From: an uncultured Candidatus Saccharibacteria bacterium
Lineage (GTDB): Bacteria; Patescibacteriota; Minisyncoccia; UBA6257; GWB1-50-10
Reading direction: 5' to 3'
Assembly: GCA_964449245.1 (NCBI GenBank)
Contig: CAYUXY010000003.1
Coordinates: 13,222-77,221, forward strand
Length of the DNA stretch: 64,000 nucleotides
This document shows, one piece after another, positions 1-10,076 of this stretch (within the stretch, counting starts at the first letter, position 1; the number at the start of each line of letters is the position of its first letter). A program made the position numbers and the translations under genes. The notes under the pieces were generated by a model, which saw only the letters and a program-made list of their open reading frames with translations, made no database searches and was not told the origin of the DNA.

Positions 1-627
1 GCCGGCTTTTCCTAAAACAACAAGATTATGCTCTGAATTTGAGGATTGTCCAATTGACGCATATCCGTCCCAAAGAACTTTCCTTATTTCTCCGGATGGC
101 ATTTTAATCTGCGTGTATCCGCCATCTTGAGCAAGAATTTGCACCGAATTTCCTGCGGATCTCGCTATTTGTCCACCCTTTCCGGGCGACATTTCAATAT
201 TATAAACAAAAGAACCAACAGGAATTCTTTTAAGAATGGTCCTGTTTCCTGGTGTAAACGGAGCGCTTTCTGAATTAATTATTTTGTCTCCCGCTTTAAG
301 TCCTTGCGGAGCAAGAACGTATGCCCTTTCGCCGTCTGCATAACAAATTCTGGCTATAAACGCTGTGCGATACGGATCGTATTCAACCGCCTCAACTTTT
401 GCAGGAATTTCTTTTTTATTTTGCTTGAAATCAATAATTCTGAAAGTGTGTCTGTTTCCACCCCCCTGATGTCTTACGGTAATTCTTCCCTGATTATTTC
501 TTCCCGCATGACTCCGTAAATTTTTCGTAAGCGATTTCAACGGCTTTTTTGAGCCACTTAAAAGATTGCGATATTCAACGGCTGTATAATGTCTGCGCGA
601 TGGCGTTGTTGGTTTAAATGTTTTCAT
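1..627 (-). CDS. rplB: 50S ribosomal protein L2 (N-terminal part; 3' end runs off window start)
   Basis: Reverse-strand translation from ATG at 627 gives MKTFKPTTPSRRHYTAVEYRNLL...GQSSNSEHNLVVLGKAG, the conserved L2 N-terminal/central region; no stop before position 1. Confidence 0.9.
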   Translation of the reverse strand, partial: MKTFKPTTPSRRHYTAVEYRNLLSGSKKPLKSLTKNLRSHAGRNNQGRITVRHQGGGNRHTFRIIDFKQNKKEIPAKVEAVEYDPYRTAFIARICYADGERAYVLAPQGLKAGDKIINSESAPFTPGNRTILKRIPVGSFVYNIEMSPGKGGQIARSAGNSVQILAQDGGYTQIKMPSGEIRKVLWDGYASIGQSSNSEHNLVVLGKAG

Positions 628-634
628 AATGTAT

Positions 635-979
635 TTATGCAACGTCTATCTTGTCGCCTTTTTTTAGAGTTACAATCGCTTTTTTCACAGGCTCTTTGCG
701 TGAAATTTTATTTCTAAATCTCGTTATTTTGCCGGGATTTTTAACCGTATTTATATTTTCTATACCAACACCGTACCTGCGACGGATTTCTTCTTTTATT
801 TCATTTTTATTAGATCTCACATCAACCAAAAATACGTATTGATTATCTTTAAGAGATGCCTGCCCTTTTTCGCTTATCCATGGTTTTCTTACAACAGATT
901 TTCCCGAAGCAGAAGTTCCAACCATTTTTACGGTTTCAGTATTTTCCAATTTAGTTTTTTTATCTGTTTTTTTAGCCAT
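635..979 (-). CDS. rplW: 50S ribosomal protein L23
   Basis: 114 aa; YVFLVDVRSNKNEIKEEI...VKNP matches L23 family; sits between rplD and rplB as in S10 operon. Confidence 0.8.
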   Translation of the reverse strand: MAKKTDKKTKLENTETVKMVGTSASGKSVVRKPWISEKGQASLKDNQYVFLVDVRSNKNEIKEEIRRRYGVGIENINTVKNPGKITRFRNKISRKEPVKKAIVTLKKGDKIDVA

Positions 980-996
980 AATTAATAAATCTGATT

Positions 997-1611
997 TTAT
1001 TTTATGCCTTCTGCCGCTGATTTTTCGAAAACTATCACTTTATGCATTGAACAATCGTAAGCGTTTAAAGAATTCTCGGATATTACATCTACATTCGGAA
1101 TATTTCTTGCCGCGCGGTAGACTGTAGCATTTTTTGCATTTCTCACAATCAACGTCGCTGTCGGCTTATTGAAAAACGTGTTTAAAAATTTCGCCGCGTT
1201 TTTTGTTTTTACTTCCGGAAAATCTAAATTATCAACTATGAAAATTTCGCCATCTTCGCGTTTTTTTGATAACACCGAAAACAGGGCTTGTTTTTTAGCT
1301 TTCTGATTAATTTTTTTCGAATAATCCTTGTCGTTTCTCGGGCCGAATGTTATTCCGCCACCGATCCAAATAGGAGACCTGCGTGAACCGTGTCTTGCTC
1401 GTCCGGTATGTTTCTGCTTCCACGGCTTTTTTCCGCCTCCGCTAACTTCCGACCTGTCTTTTGTGTGGGCTATGGGATTTCTTTTATTGGCGAGATACGC
1501 GACTATAACATCGCGCACCATTTCCGGCTTCCATTCCGCAGCAAAAACGCCATCGGAAACTTCTGCCGTGTCTATCTTTTCTTTTAATTTGTTGAATACA
1601 TCGAGTTTCAT
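997..1611 (-). CDS. rplD: 50S ribosomal protein L4
   Basis: 204 aa; GGGKKPWKQKHTGRARHGSRRSPIWIGGG motif typical of L4; operon position. Confidence 0.9.
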   Translation of the reverse strand: MKLDVFNKLKEKIDTAEVSDGVFAAEWKPEMVRDVIVAYLANKRNPIAHTKDRSEVSGGGKKPWKQKHTGRARHGSRRSPIWIGGGITFGPRNDKDYSKKINQKAKKQALFSVLSKKREDGEIFIVDNLDFPEVKTKNAAKFLNTFFNKPTATLIVRNAKNATVYRAARNIPNVDVISENSLNAYDCSMHKVIVFEKSAAEGIK

Positions 1612-1614
1612 TTT

Positions 1615-2061
1615 TTATGATAATTTTGGAATTAACTCGACACGGCTCCCTCTTCTTCCCGGAACAGCGCCTTTCAAAAATATTTCTTTCTCGGCATCGT
1701 GAATTTCCACAATGCTCATATTTCTGATAGTAACCCTGTCGTTTCCCATATTACCAGCCATCTTTTTGCCTTTTATAACCCTTTGCGGAGCTGTCGGACC
1801 AATTGATCCGGGAGCTCTTAAGCGATTTTTCTGACCGTGTGATTTTGGACCTCCGTGGAAACCATGTCTTTTTACAACTCCCTGAAAACCCTTTCCCTTA
1901 CTTGTTCCGCTTACGCGAACCTTATCTCCCGCCTTTAAATCCATCGCGGCATCTCCATTAATCGCGTAATTGAGTACAGTAACAGGAACGACTTTGTCGT
2001 CCTTCCACAATTGCATCATTTTAACCTTCTCAGCAAATATTTTATTTGTTGCTGTTTTCAT
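1615..2061 (-). CDS. rplC: 50S ribosomal protein L3 (shortened, 148 aa)
   Basis: N-term MMQLWKDDKVVPVTVL and core VSGTSKGKGFQGVVKRHGF...GKKMAGNMGNDRVTIRN match L3; about 60 aa shorter than typical bacterial L3 between these blocks. Confidence 0.8.
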   Translation of the reverse strand: MKTATNKIFAEKVKMMQLWKDDKVVPVTVLNYAINGDAAMDLKAGDKVRVSGTSKGKGFQGVVKRHGFHGGPKSHGQKNRLRAPGSIGPTAPQRVIKGKKMAGNMGNDRVTIRNMSIVEIHDAEKEIFLKGAVPGRRGSRVELIPKLS

Positions 2062-2093
2062 ATTTTATGCAATAAAAATTAAAACGCAGTTAC

Positions 2094-2124
2094 GAAAACA
2101 ACAGAGGCAAGCCCTGTTGTTTTC
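2094..2124 (-). promoter_or_regulatory. stable hairpin in rpsJ-rplC spacer (possible attenuator/processing or intra-operon terminator)
   Basis: gaaaacaacag-aggcaagcc-ctgttgttttc: perfect 11-bp inverted repeat with 9-nt loop inside the 129-nt rpsJ-rplC gap. Confidence 0.3.
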
Positions 2125-2190
2125 TAAAATCTCTTCATGGCTAAACCCGATATTAATTTAACTTATACACACAAAGAAGTCAATAGTAGC

Positions 2191-2517
2191 TTATCCCATC
2201 TTCACCTCAACATCGACTCCGGCCGGAAGATTTATACCCGAGAGAGACTCAATAATCTTCTGTTCGGGATTCATAATGTCTATAAGTCGCTTATGAACCC
2301 GAATTTCGAAATGCTCTCCGGATTTTTTATGCACAAAAGTAGAGCGATTTACGGTATATCTCTTAAATTCCGTAGGCAACGGAATTGGCCCTACTATATC
2401 TCCTCCGTGGTATTGAATTGCTTCAATAATTTGTTTCACTGAAGAATCGATGAGTTTTGAATCATACGCTTTTATGCGCAGTCTAAGCCTTTCTTTTTGT
2501 TCTTCTTTTTTTGCCAT
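2191..2517 (-). CDS. rpsJ: 30S ribosomal protein S10
   Basis: 108 aa; LRIKAYDSKLIDSSVKQIIEA...FEIRVHKRLIDI conserved S10 sequence. Confidence 0.9.
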   Translation of the reverse strand: MAKKEEQKERLRLRIKAYDSKLIDSSVKQIIEAIQYHGGDIVGPIPLPTEFKRYTVNRSTFVHKKSGEHFEIRVHKRLIDIMNPEQKIIESLSGINLPAGVDVEVKMG

Positions 2518-2537
2518 TTTTTATTTAATCAAACCTG

Positions 2538-3737
2538 TTATTTTGTAATTTTTACAACCGCTCCGGCTCCTACAGTCTTTCCTCCTTCGCGGATAGCGAA
2601 ACGCTGTTTTTCTTCGAGAGCAACTGGAGAAATCAGTTTGACGTTAATGTTAATAGTGTCTCCAGGCATAACCATTTCAACTCCTTCCGGAAGAATTACT
2701 TCTCCGGTAACATCCGTTGTGCCAATGTAAAATTGCGGTTTATATCCCTTGAAAAACGGCGTATGTCGTCCGCCCTCTTCTTTCGACAAAACAACAACTT
2801 CGGCTTCAAATTCGGTATGAGGAGTTACTGATCCTGGCTTTGCGAGAACTTGTCCGCGTTCTATATCTTCTTTCTTAAGTCCGCGAAGCAAAATTCCAAC
2901 GTTATCGCCAGCCTGTCCGGAATCAAGAGTTTTTTGGAACATTTCCACTCCGGTTACAACTGTTTTTTGCGTCGGACGCAATCCGATAAGCTCGACTTCG
3001 TCGTTAATCTTAACAATTCCGCGCTCTATTCTTCCTGTGCAGACCGTTCCACGGCCTTCAATTGAGAAAATATCCTCAACGGGCATAAGAAATGGCTGGT
3101 CAATCTTTCTTACCGGTTCAGGAATATAATCATCCATAGCCTTCACGAGCTCAAGAATCGGCTTTGCAGCTTCATCATCGCCTGATGCCGCTTCAAGGGC
3201 CTTTAAGGCTGAACCCTTTACGACAGGAGCATTATCTCCGTCAAAGTTATATTTCTTAAGGAGTTCGCGAACTTCTGATTCAACGAGTTCAATGAGCTCC
3301 GGATCATCAACCATATCAACCTTGTTTAAAAACACTATGATCGCCGGTACGCCAACTTGTCGCGCAAGCAAAATATGCTCTCTTGTTTGAGGCATTGGTC
3401 CGTCTGCCGCCGAAACAACAAGCACAGCTCCGTCCATCTGAGCAGCGCCGGTAATCATGTTTTTGATGTAATCGGCGTGACCAGGGGCATCGATGTGGGC
3501 ATAATGACGCTTTTCTGATTCGTATTCGGAGTGATGCAAAGCTATAGTGATTCCGCGAACTCTCTCTTCCGGAGCGTTATCAATAACTGCGACTCCTTCT
3601 TCTTTCTTAGCAAGACCTTTCATATGAAGGACGTGAGTGATGGCCGCGGTAAGCGTAGTCTTTCCGTGGTCTACGTGTCCTATTGTTCCAATATTTACGT
3701 GCGGTTTGGAACGCTCAAACTTTTCTTTTTCTGCCAT
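2538..3737 (-). CDS. tuf: elongation factor Tu
   Basis: 399 aa; [47 protein letters not shown], full-length EF-Tu. Confidence 0.95.
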   Translation of the reverse strand: MAEKEKFERSKPHVNIGTIGHVDHGKTTLTAAITHVLHMKGLAKKEEGVAVIDNAPEERVRGITIALHHSEYESEKRHYAHIDAPGHADYIKNMITGAAQMDGAVLVVSAADGPMPQTREHILLARQVGVPAIIVFLNKVDMVDDPELIELVESEVRELLKKYNFDGDNAPVVKGSALKALEAASGDDEAAKPILELVKAMDDYIPEPVRKIDQPFLMPVEDIFSIEGRGTVCTGRIERGIVKINDEVELIGLRPTQKTVVTGVEMFQKTLDSGQAGDNVGILLRGLKKEDIERGQVLAKPGSVTPHTEFEAEVVVLSKEEGGRHTPFFKGYKPQFYIGTTDVTGEVILPEGVEMVMPGDTININVKLISPVALEEKQRFAIREGGKTVGAGAVVKITK

Positions 3738-3779
3738 AATTTTTTTTATTTTTTACACACAGTTTTTCGACCTATTTTA

Positions 3780-3830
3780 GTTTATAAATAGTGCTTTTCA
3801 TTTTCAAGCATATTATCAACAATGTCAACC
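3780..3830 (-). promoter_or_regulatory. candidate promoter region for tuf-S10 transcription unit
   Basis: On minus strand TTGACA (3824-3829) and TTGAAA (3802-3807) with downstream TATAAA-like element; AT-rich 120-nt gap upstream of tuf. Confidence 0.2.
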
Positions 3831-3860
3831 CCAAAAACGCATACGCGTAAGATTAACACA

Positions 3861-5690
3861 TTATTTCTTTAAAAGCTCCTTGAAAACGTTTGGGGATATT
3901 GAGGCCTCCGATCTTTCCTTTAATCGTTTCTTACCTCTCTCCTGTTTTTTCCAGAGCTTCATTTTTCTTGTTCTGTCTCCGCCATTTTTTCCAAAATTTC
4001 CAAGCTCTTTTTTTATCGCCGAAATATCCGCTCTCGCAATAATACGTCCACTTGCACTTGCTTGTACAGGTTGCGCATATTGTTGTTTTGGCAATAAATC
4101 CTTAAGTTTATCGACTATTTTTCTTGCTTCGCGTTCAAGAGTGTCTTTTGGCAAAAAACGCGACAATCCCGGAATTTGTCCGCCGGAAACAAGTATGTCT
4201 ACCCTTTGAATATCCGCCGTTTCATATCCGATCATTTCATAACTGAACGATGCATATCCCTCGCTTACGGACTTTAAACAATCGTCAAAGTCGCTTATCA
4301 GCTCCGCGAGTGGCATTTTAGCCGAAATCCTTATGCGTTCCCCTATTGTTTCCGTGCAAACATCCGACATTCTGAATTTTTGCTGTAGAGAAAGCACGCT
4401 CGAAAGATACTTGCGCGGGAACATAATATTTAACGATATTATAGGCTCTTTTATTTCTATGTATTCGTCCGGCATTTCTTCCGGTTTTACGATGGACGTT
4501 TCGCCGTTTTTAGTTTTGATGACGTATTTTACAGACGGAAATGTATTTATAACGTCTATTTTATACTCCTTTTTTAACCTTTCAGTAGTAATTTCGAAAT
4601 GCAACCTTCCTAAACACCCGACCTTATATCCTCTTCCCAAAATTTCATTCTGATCGGGCTCAATGGTCAACGATGAATCATTTAATTTCAGTTTTTGAAG
4701 ATCGTGTCTAAGCGTATCGTATTCGCTCGGATCTTCCGGATAAAACGAAACGAATATGACCGGTTTTGGCTGTTCATATCCCTTTAACGCCTCTTCCGCC
4801 ATTTCGCTTTTTGTGTGCCCGACTCCGCTTATCGCAATGACAGTATCCCCAATCTTTATTTTTTCCGTATCTTTTATTCCGGTAGCGATATACCCAATCT
4901 CGCCTTCTCTTAATTCCTGCTTTGCCTTCATTTCTGGGAAAAATTTTCCAATTTCTTTTATTTTTGTCCTAGTTTCAGTTGCGACAAGATATACGTCATC
5001 GGTATGTTTAAAAATACCGTTGCATACGCGAATAGATGCCACCGCGCCCTTGTGATTGTCATAAAAAGAGTCAAAAACCAGCGCTCTACCGCTAAGCGAA
5101 GATTTCTCTTTTTCTTTCGGAGGAGGAATTTTTGCAACGATAGTTTCAAGGAGTTCTTTCACGCCACTCCCTGTTTTTCCGGACACTTCAAGTATTTCAT
5201 TTTTCTCCACACCTATAAGTTTCGAGAGCTCGAGCTTCATTTCATCTACCTCATAAAAATTCAACCCGCTCAACATATCAATTTTGTTTAATGCGCCTAT
5301 GAGCACAAGCCCCGCCTTTTTTGCGGATTCAAGATTTGCGAGGGTTTGCGCCTGTATTCCTTGAGTTACGTCGACGAGCAATACCGCCCCTTCTACGGCT
5401 TCGAGTGAGCGCGAAACTTCGTATGCAAAATCACTGTGACCCGGAGTGTCTATAAGATGCAAAAGATATTCATTCCCATCCGAGGATGTAAAACTCATGG
5501 TAACCGGAGTCATTTTTATAGTGATGCCTCGCTCTCTCTCCAAATCAAGCTGATCCAAATATTGAGACTTCATCTTTCTTTCTTCTATCGTATGCGTCTG
5601 CTCCAATAAACGGTCTGCGAGCGTTGATTTTCCATGATCCACATGGGCGATAATAACAAAATTTCTTATTTTATTTTTTTCCATCTTCAA
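3861..5690 (-). CDS. lepA: elongation factor 4 (LepA) with basic C-terminal extension
   Basis: 609 aa; NFVIIAHVDHGKSTLADRLL, DLERERGITIK, LepA-specific C-terminal domain; lysine/arginine-rich tail. Confidence 0.9.
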   Translation of the reverse strand: MKMEKNKIRNFVIIAHVDHGKSTLADRLLEQTHTIEERKMKSQYLDQLDLERERGITIKMTPVTMSFTSSDGNEYLLHLIDTPGHSDFAYEVSRSLEAVEGAVLLVDVTQGIQAQTLANLESAKKAGLVLIGALNKIDMLSGLNFYEVDEMKLELSKLIGVEKNEILEVSGKTGSGVKELLETIVAKIPPPKEKEKSSLSGRALVFDSFYDNHKGAVASIRVCNGIFKHTDDVYLVATETRTKIKEIGKFFPEMKAKQELREGEIGYIATGIKDTEKIKIGDTVIAISGVGHTKSEMAEEALKGYEQPKPVIFVSFYPEDPSEYDTLRHDLQKLKLNDSSLTIEPDQNEILGRGYKVGCLGRLHFEITTERLKKEYKIDVINTFPSVKYVIKTKNGETSIVKPEEMPDEYIEIKEPIISLNIMFPRKYLSSVLSLQQKFRMSDVCTETIGERIRISAKMPLAELISDFDDCLKSVSEGYASFSYEMIGYETADIQRVDILVSGGQIPGLSRFLPKDTLEREARKIVDKLKDLLPKQQYAQPVQASASGRIIARADISAIKKELGNFGKNGGDRTRKMKLWKKQERGKKRLKERSEASISPNVFKELLKK

Positions 5691-5694
5691 AAAT

Positions 5695-7791
5695 TTATTT
5701 TGACAGCGTAAGCGTTAAAACCTTCTTCAGAGCAGGCGCATCCGATTCAAACGTGAAAAACGGACTTTGCGCCTCTTCCCATATATATCCGAGTGGCGCG
5801 CTTATTACAACTTTCAGCTTGGACGCGACTCCCGATTGTGGCTCGAAAATAAATGTGAATATTTTTCCTTTTTCAACGAATGTCTTGTCTGTTGCGGGAG
5901 TCTGGTACCTGACTGACAAAGTTTTCTTATTCCCTGCCGGTACATTAAACCACGTTGCAAAAACAGACTTTCCGAAAGCCTCAAACGACCACGCATTGTA
6001 TCCGCTCAATAATATTCTTGTCTTTTCGATGATTGCAAGGTCAGGATAAACTTCGTATCCCTCTCCGTCATAATCGAATCTTGAGACGAGATTTTTTACG
6101 CTATTTCCTTGCATAGACACGAGGCTTGAACCGGGAGTTGTGTATATCTGTATAAAATTTTTATTTGTTACACGCCACCACGCATCTTTTTCTTTGTCCC
6201 CGTTGTGTTCTCTTTCTATAGACACGTCGCTAAAAATATTACCATCGGAGTCAATGTCTATGCGCGCATCTATCGACTGGGCAATAAACGCATCTGTTTT
6301 GCCTCCTGCAATATTTGCATTTACCACAGCCAAATAACTTCCCCAAAAATTATTGGGCAGAGACGATACACTGCCATCCGCTTCTGATGATGCGAGAAAC
6401 CCGCTAATTTTCTTGTCTTTTGCATACACCATTACATCTTTTTCTGAAAAATGCTCTGACACTTTTGACATTAACTCCTCCGACTGTTCCTTAGACAAAG
6501 CGCCTATTCTCTCCAAAATGATTGGAGCTAAAACTTTGAGTATCCGTTTAGGCTCGCCGGCTTTTTTATCTTCTCCGGCCTCTACTTCCCGTTGTACTTC
6601 GAATAAAAAGTTGCCTTCGTCTATCGTCACTCCGTAATCAGGAAGAGTAACCGGCCCAATAACCGACAGTACGCTCTCAATTACATTAATATTTAGTCCG
6701 ATAACCCCATCGAAAGTAATTCCTTTTTCGCTGTACATTTTTGAATTTTCAAGAAAAAACAGAATAGTTCTCGCTGATGCGGGAAAATCAAAAAACCAAT
6801 TCGCGTCTCTTGCTCCCCAATCCGTACTCATTGTTTTTATTTCTTGCGGAGGAACGATTTTCATATCAAGCTGTCCATCCGGATCATAAATATCGCGTAC
6901 ATCTATAGAATTAAGCCCCCCGTTTTTTATTGTTACGTCAGCATAACTTCCTACAAATCCCCCGCCCGGTCTTATTTCTGCCGTATTTTGAAACAAAACC
7001 AAAATATGTTTTTCATTTTCCGAATCTAAAACAGAAAGAATCCCTTCAAAAAAATCATCGATTTGATGCATATCCTTGCTATACGTAATATATCCTTCGC
7101 TTGCCATAATTTCATATTTATCGAAAAATCCGGCCATTTTTTTCAATTCCGCAAAATTATTTCTTATAAGTTCCATTCTTTCCGCTATACTGTTTATTTC
7201 AGACCTTACCGCGGATATGTTCTCTATAAATTTGTTTCCGTCGCTTTGAAAATCCTTCAATCCCGAAGATTGAACGTCTATCAAATTTCTCGTAAACGAA
7301 AGCATATCCGAATTTAATCCGTTTATCCCGTCAAAAATTTCTCCGATATTTTTAAATTGTGGCACAACCGCCCCAAGAGATTTTAGGACAACATCGCCGT
7401 AGCTTTTTTTAACTGTATTGTTAATGGAGGCAAGATGCGTTTCGTTTTTCGCGAGAAAATTTTCTGCGTCATAAAAACGAAATTCTTTTAATGCTTGGAC
7501 CGAGGAAGAAAAATTCTCCATTATTTCGCCTGTCTTTTCGGATAAAACTATCTTTAATTCTCCAGCATTCACTATTATCGTTATTGTCCAAAAAAGAAGA
7601 AGTGAACAAATAACAAATATAGCGCCAATAAAAAATCTGCAAACTTTGCCTTTTTTGTTTTTGGGTGCTTGCGGAACACGCGTTAAATTAACCGTTTTAA
7701 ACTCGTTAGTCCGACTATAGTTATAATTTGGTTTTTTTACGTCAACGAGAATCGGATCTATATTCTTTTTTGGAACGCGTTTTTTGGACAT
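5695..7791 (-). CDS. DUF4012-like membrane protein (N-terminal TM anchor, large extracytoplasmic domain)
   Basis: 698 aa; TM helix at residues 53-75; NTAEIRPGGGFVGSY motif as recalled for DUF4012; adjacent to glycosyltransferases. Confidence 0.55.
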   Translation of the reverse strand: MSKKRVPKKNIDPILVDVKKPNYNYSRTNEFKTVNLTRVPQAPKNKKGKVCRFFIGAIFVICSLLLFWTITIIVNAGELKIVLSEKTGEIMENFSSSVQALKEFRFYDAENFLAKNETHLASINNTVKKSYGDVVLKSLGAVVPQFKNIGEIFDGINGLNSDMLSFTRNLIDVQSSGLKDFQSDGNKFIENISAVRSEINSIAERMELIRNNFAELKKMAGFFDKYEIMASEGYITYSKDMHQIDDFFEGILSVLDSENEKHILVLFQNTAEIRPGGGFVGSYADVTIKNGGLNSIDVRDIYDPDGQLDMKIVPPQEIKTMSTDWGARDANWFFDFPASARTILFFLENSKMYSEKGITFDGVIGLNINVIESVLSVIGPVTLPDYGVTIDEGNFLFEVQREVEAGEDKKAGEPKRILKVLAPIILERIGALSKEQSEELMSKVSEHFSEKDVMVYAKDKKISGFLASSEADGSVSSLPNNFWGSYLAVVNANIAGGKTDAFIAQSIDARIDIDSDGNIFSDVSIEREHNGDKEKDAWWRVTNKNFIQIYTTPGSSLVSMQGNSVKNLVSRFDYDGEGYEVYPDLAIIEKTRILLSGYNAWSFEAFGKSVFATWFNVPAGNKKTLSVRYQTPATDKTFVEKGKIFTFIFEPQSGVASKLKVVISAPLGYIWEEAQSPFFTFESDAPALKKVLTLTLSK

Positions 7792-7808
7792 TTTTACTTT
7801 TTATAAAC

Positions 7809-8942
7809 TTATATATTATGAATTATCTCTAAAACTTCTTTAGCCGAATTTTTCCAAGAAAATTTTACCACGTTTTCTTTTCCTTCTTTTATCAGCCTTT
7901 TTCGCATATCACTGTCAGTTAAAATTCGCTCCACGGCGGAAGCAAATCCCGCTACATCTTCCGGATTCAACAAAATTGCCGAATTCTCTAAGGTTTCCTG
8001 AAGAGCTCCGGCGTTAGACGATATTACAGGCAAACCGCTCGCTTGAGCTTCAAGCGGAGGCATTCCAAAACCCTCGAGAAAAGACGGATATAGAAAAAGA
8101 GTTGCGGAATGATATAAATTACGCAAATCAGGAAAGGACGCGAATCCCCAAAATTTTATATCTTTTGCATATTTTGATTTTTCCGCAAACTTGAGAATGG
8201 GTCCGGATGATTTTCCACAAGATCCGGCCAATATAAGACTTAAGTCGCTAAATCTTTCTTTTAGTATTTCAAATATTTTTATTGCTCCGATTATGTTCTT
8301 GCGAGGCTCTATAGTGCCCACAAAAAGCAAAAACGGGCTCTGAATTCCATATTGAGCCTTAAATTTTGCTATTTCCAAGTCTTCCACAGATTCCGAAAAA
8401 AACGGATTGATTCCGGGATAAACGACCGATATTTTTTCCGGAAATATTCCATATCTATCAACAATATCTTTTTTCGTCGCCTCGGATACAGCAATAATTT
8501 TCTCAGCTCTTTTTGCTTGTCCTTTGGGGTCAACTATCCAATGCCACAATAAATTTTTCTTTGAAAAAAGATTGGGCATTGTTTCGAAAGAAAGGTCGTG
8601 TATAACAACAATTTCTTTATTATTTTTACTTTTTCCGAGAGGATGAAAATGTGGCCTGAAAACGACATCAAAGGGCGACAATTTACCGAAATTCGAAAAC
8701 CCTCCGAAACGCGATGAGAGTTCCATTATTCTGTTTGGAATGCGCCAATTGATAACATTCCCTATTTTTTCCACATCATCCGGAATTTTATTTTTTTTAA
8801 AAGAATTTAAAAATATAGAAAACTCATCGTTAGTATTTAAAGACGCCATATTTATAAGCAATAAACGCGTATATTCCGGAATTCCTGAAATACCGGCCAA
8901 CATTCCGCGCGCATCATAAAGTATTTTAGTTTTCTTTTGCAT
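7809..8942 (-). CDS. glycosyltransferase family 4 (GT-B, group 1)
   Basis: 377 aa; C-terminal EGFGMPPLEAQASGLPVISSNAGALQE is the canonical GT4 E-x7-E region. Confidence 0.8.
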   Translation of the reverse strand: MQKKTKILYDARGMLAGISGIPEYTRLLLINMASLNTNDEFSIFLNSFKKNKIPDDVEKIGNVINWRIPNRIMELSSRFGGFSNFGKLSPFDVVFRPHFHPLGKSKNNKEIVVIHDLSFETMPNLFSKKNLLWHWIVDPKGQAKRAEKIIAVSEATKKDIVDRYGIFPEKISVVYPGINPFFSESVEDLEIAKFKAQYGIQSPFLLFVGTIEPRKNIIGAIKIFEILKERFSDLSLILAGSCGKSSGPILKFAEKSKYAKDIKFWGFASFPDLRNLYHSATLFLYPSFLEGFGMPPLEAQASGLPVISSNAGALQETLENSAILLNPEDVAGFASAVERILTDSDMRKRLIKEGKENVVKFSWKNSAKEVLEIIHNI

Positions 8943-10046
8943 TTATATATTTGAAAAACCAATCTGTTTTATTTCTCTTAAAAATTCTCTTTTGAATCTT
9001 TCTTCCGAAAATCTTGCCGAAATATCGCTTATTTCTCTGCGATTGAATTTTTTTGATTCGAATTCTTTTACGCCGGCAATAATTGACTCGGGCGATTGTT
9101 CGCGGAAAAATATTCCGGTTTTACCTCCGATGACTATTTCACTGCCCCCTCCGATAAAAAACGATAAGACCGGCAATCCACACATCTGCGCTTCAGCAGC
9201 CACCAAACCAAAATCTTCAACTTGAGGAAACAAGAGAGCCTTTGCGGAATTGTAATATGCTCTTAAATCATCGTCGCTTACGCTGTTAATAAATTTTATA
9301 TATGAAGGATTCGCGATAGATTTCAGTTTTTTTTCTTCTGGCCCTCTGCCTATTATTATCAGCTTTTTTTTCATTCGATTAAACGCCTCTATACCCAAAT
9401 CAAAACCTTTAAAATAGAGCAATCTCCCGACCATTAAGTAAAAGTCTTCCTGTTTTCTTTCTTCAAAATGAAATATTTTTTCGTCAACGGGAGGATATAT
9501 TACATTCGCATCGCGTCCATAACAAAAACGCACTTTTTTTGCAATGAATTCCGAGTTTGCTATGAAAAGATTTACTTTTTTCGAGGCTCTCTTATCCCAC
9601 GATTTTAACATCTCGGCTATAGGCCTCAGCACACCGGTTCCCATAGGACGCGGAGAAAAAGACAGATTTTTTAAGTAATCTATTTCCCACGCGTATCTAA
9701 GCGGAGAATGACAATATGAAATATGATACGGCGCGTTTACTCCTATACCTTTTCCATATCCTGCCGTTGATGAAACAATCAAATCATATCTTTTTCCGGA
9801 GCCAAGCATTCCCGCTGCGATTGGCATAAAAGGAATAAAAGCGCGATGTCTCCTGCGTATAAATGGAATATCAAGAAAGCTCGTTTTTATATTGCGACCT
9901 TCAAAAATGCCGTTAGTTCTTTCTTTATCATAAAGAAGCGTGTATACATCAGCATCAGGAAAAATATCCAAAATTGTCTTTAACACTCTTTCAGCTCCTC
10001 CGAGCTGATTCAGATAGTCGTGAAGTACCGCTATACGCATACACAA
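8943..10046 (-). CDS. glycosyltransferase family 4
   Basis: 367 aa; EDFGLVAAEAQMCGLPVLSFFIGGGSE GT4 signature; abuts previous GT with 0-nt gap. Confidence 0.75.
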   Translation of the reverse strand: MCMRIAVLHDYLNQLGGAERVLKTILDIFPDADVYTLLYDKERTNGIFEGRNIKTSFLDIPFIRRRHRAFIPFMPIAAGMLGSGKRYDLIVSSTAGYGKGIGVNAPYHISYCHSPLRYAWEIDYLKNLSFSPRPMGTGVLRPIAEMLKSWDKRASKKVNLFIANSEFIAKKVRFCYGRDANVIYPPVDEKIFHFEERKQEDFYLMVGRLLYFKGFDLGIEAFNRMKKKLIIIGRGPEEKKLKSIANPSYIKFINSVSDDDLRAYYNSAKALLFPQVEDFGLVAAEAQMCGLPVLSFFIGGGSEIVIGGKTGIFFREQSPESIIAGVKEFESKKFNRREISDISARFSEERFKREFLREIKQIGFSNI

Positions 10047-10076
10047 ATTATACCCGTTTTCCGCAAGGATAGAAAT

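Noticed and set aside
1328-1702. Numerous 60-130 aa antisense or out-of-frame ORFs in the track inside annotated genes (e.g. 1328..1702, 4333..4653, 11566..12177)
   Set aside because: They are embedded in well-supported conserved genes on the opposite strand, have low-complexity translations and lack independent signals.
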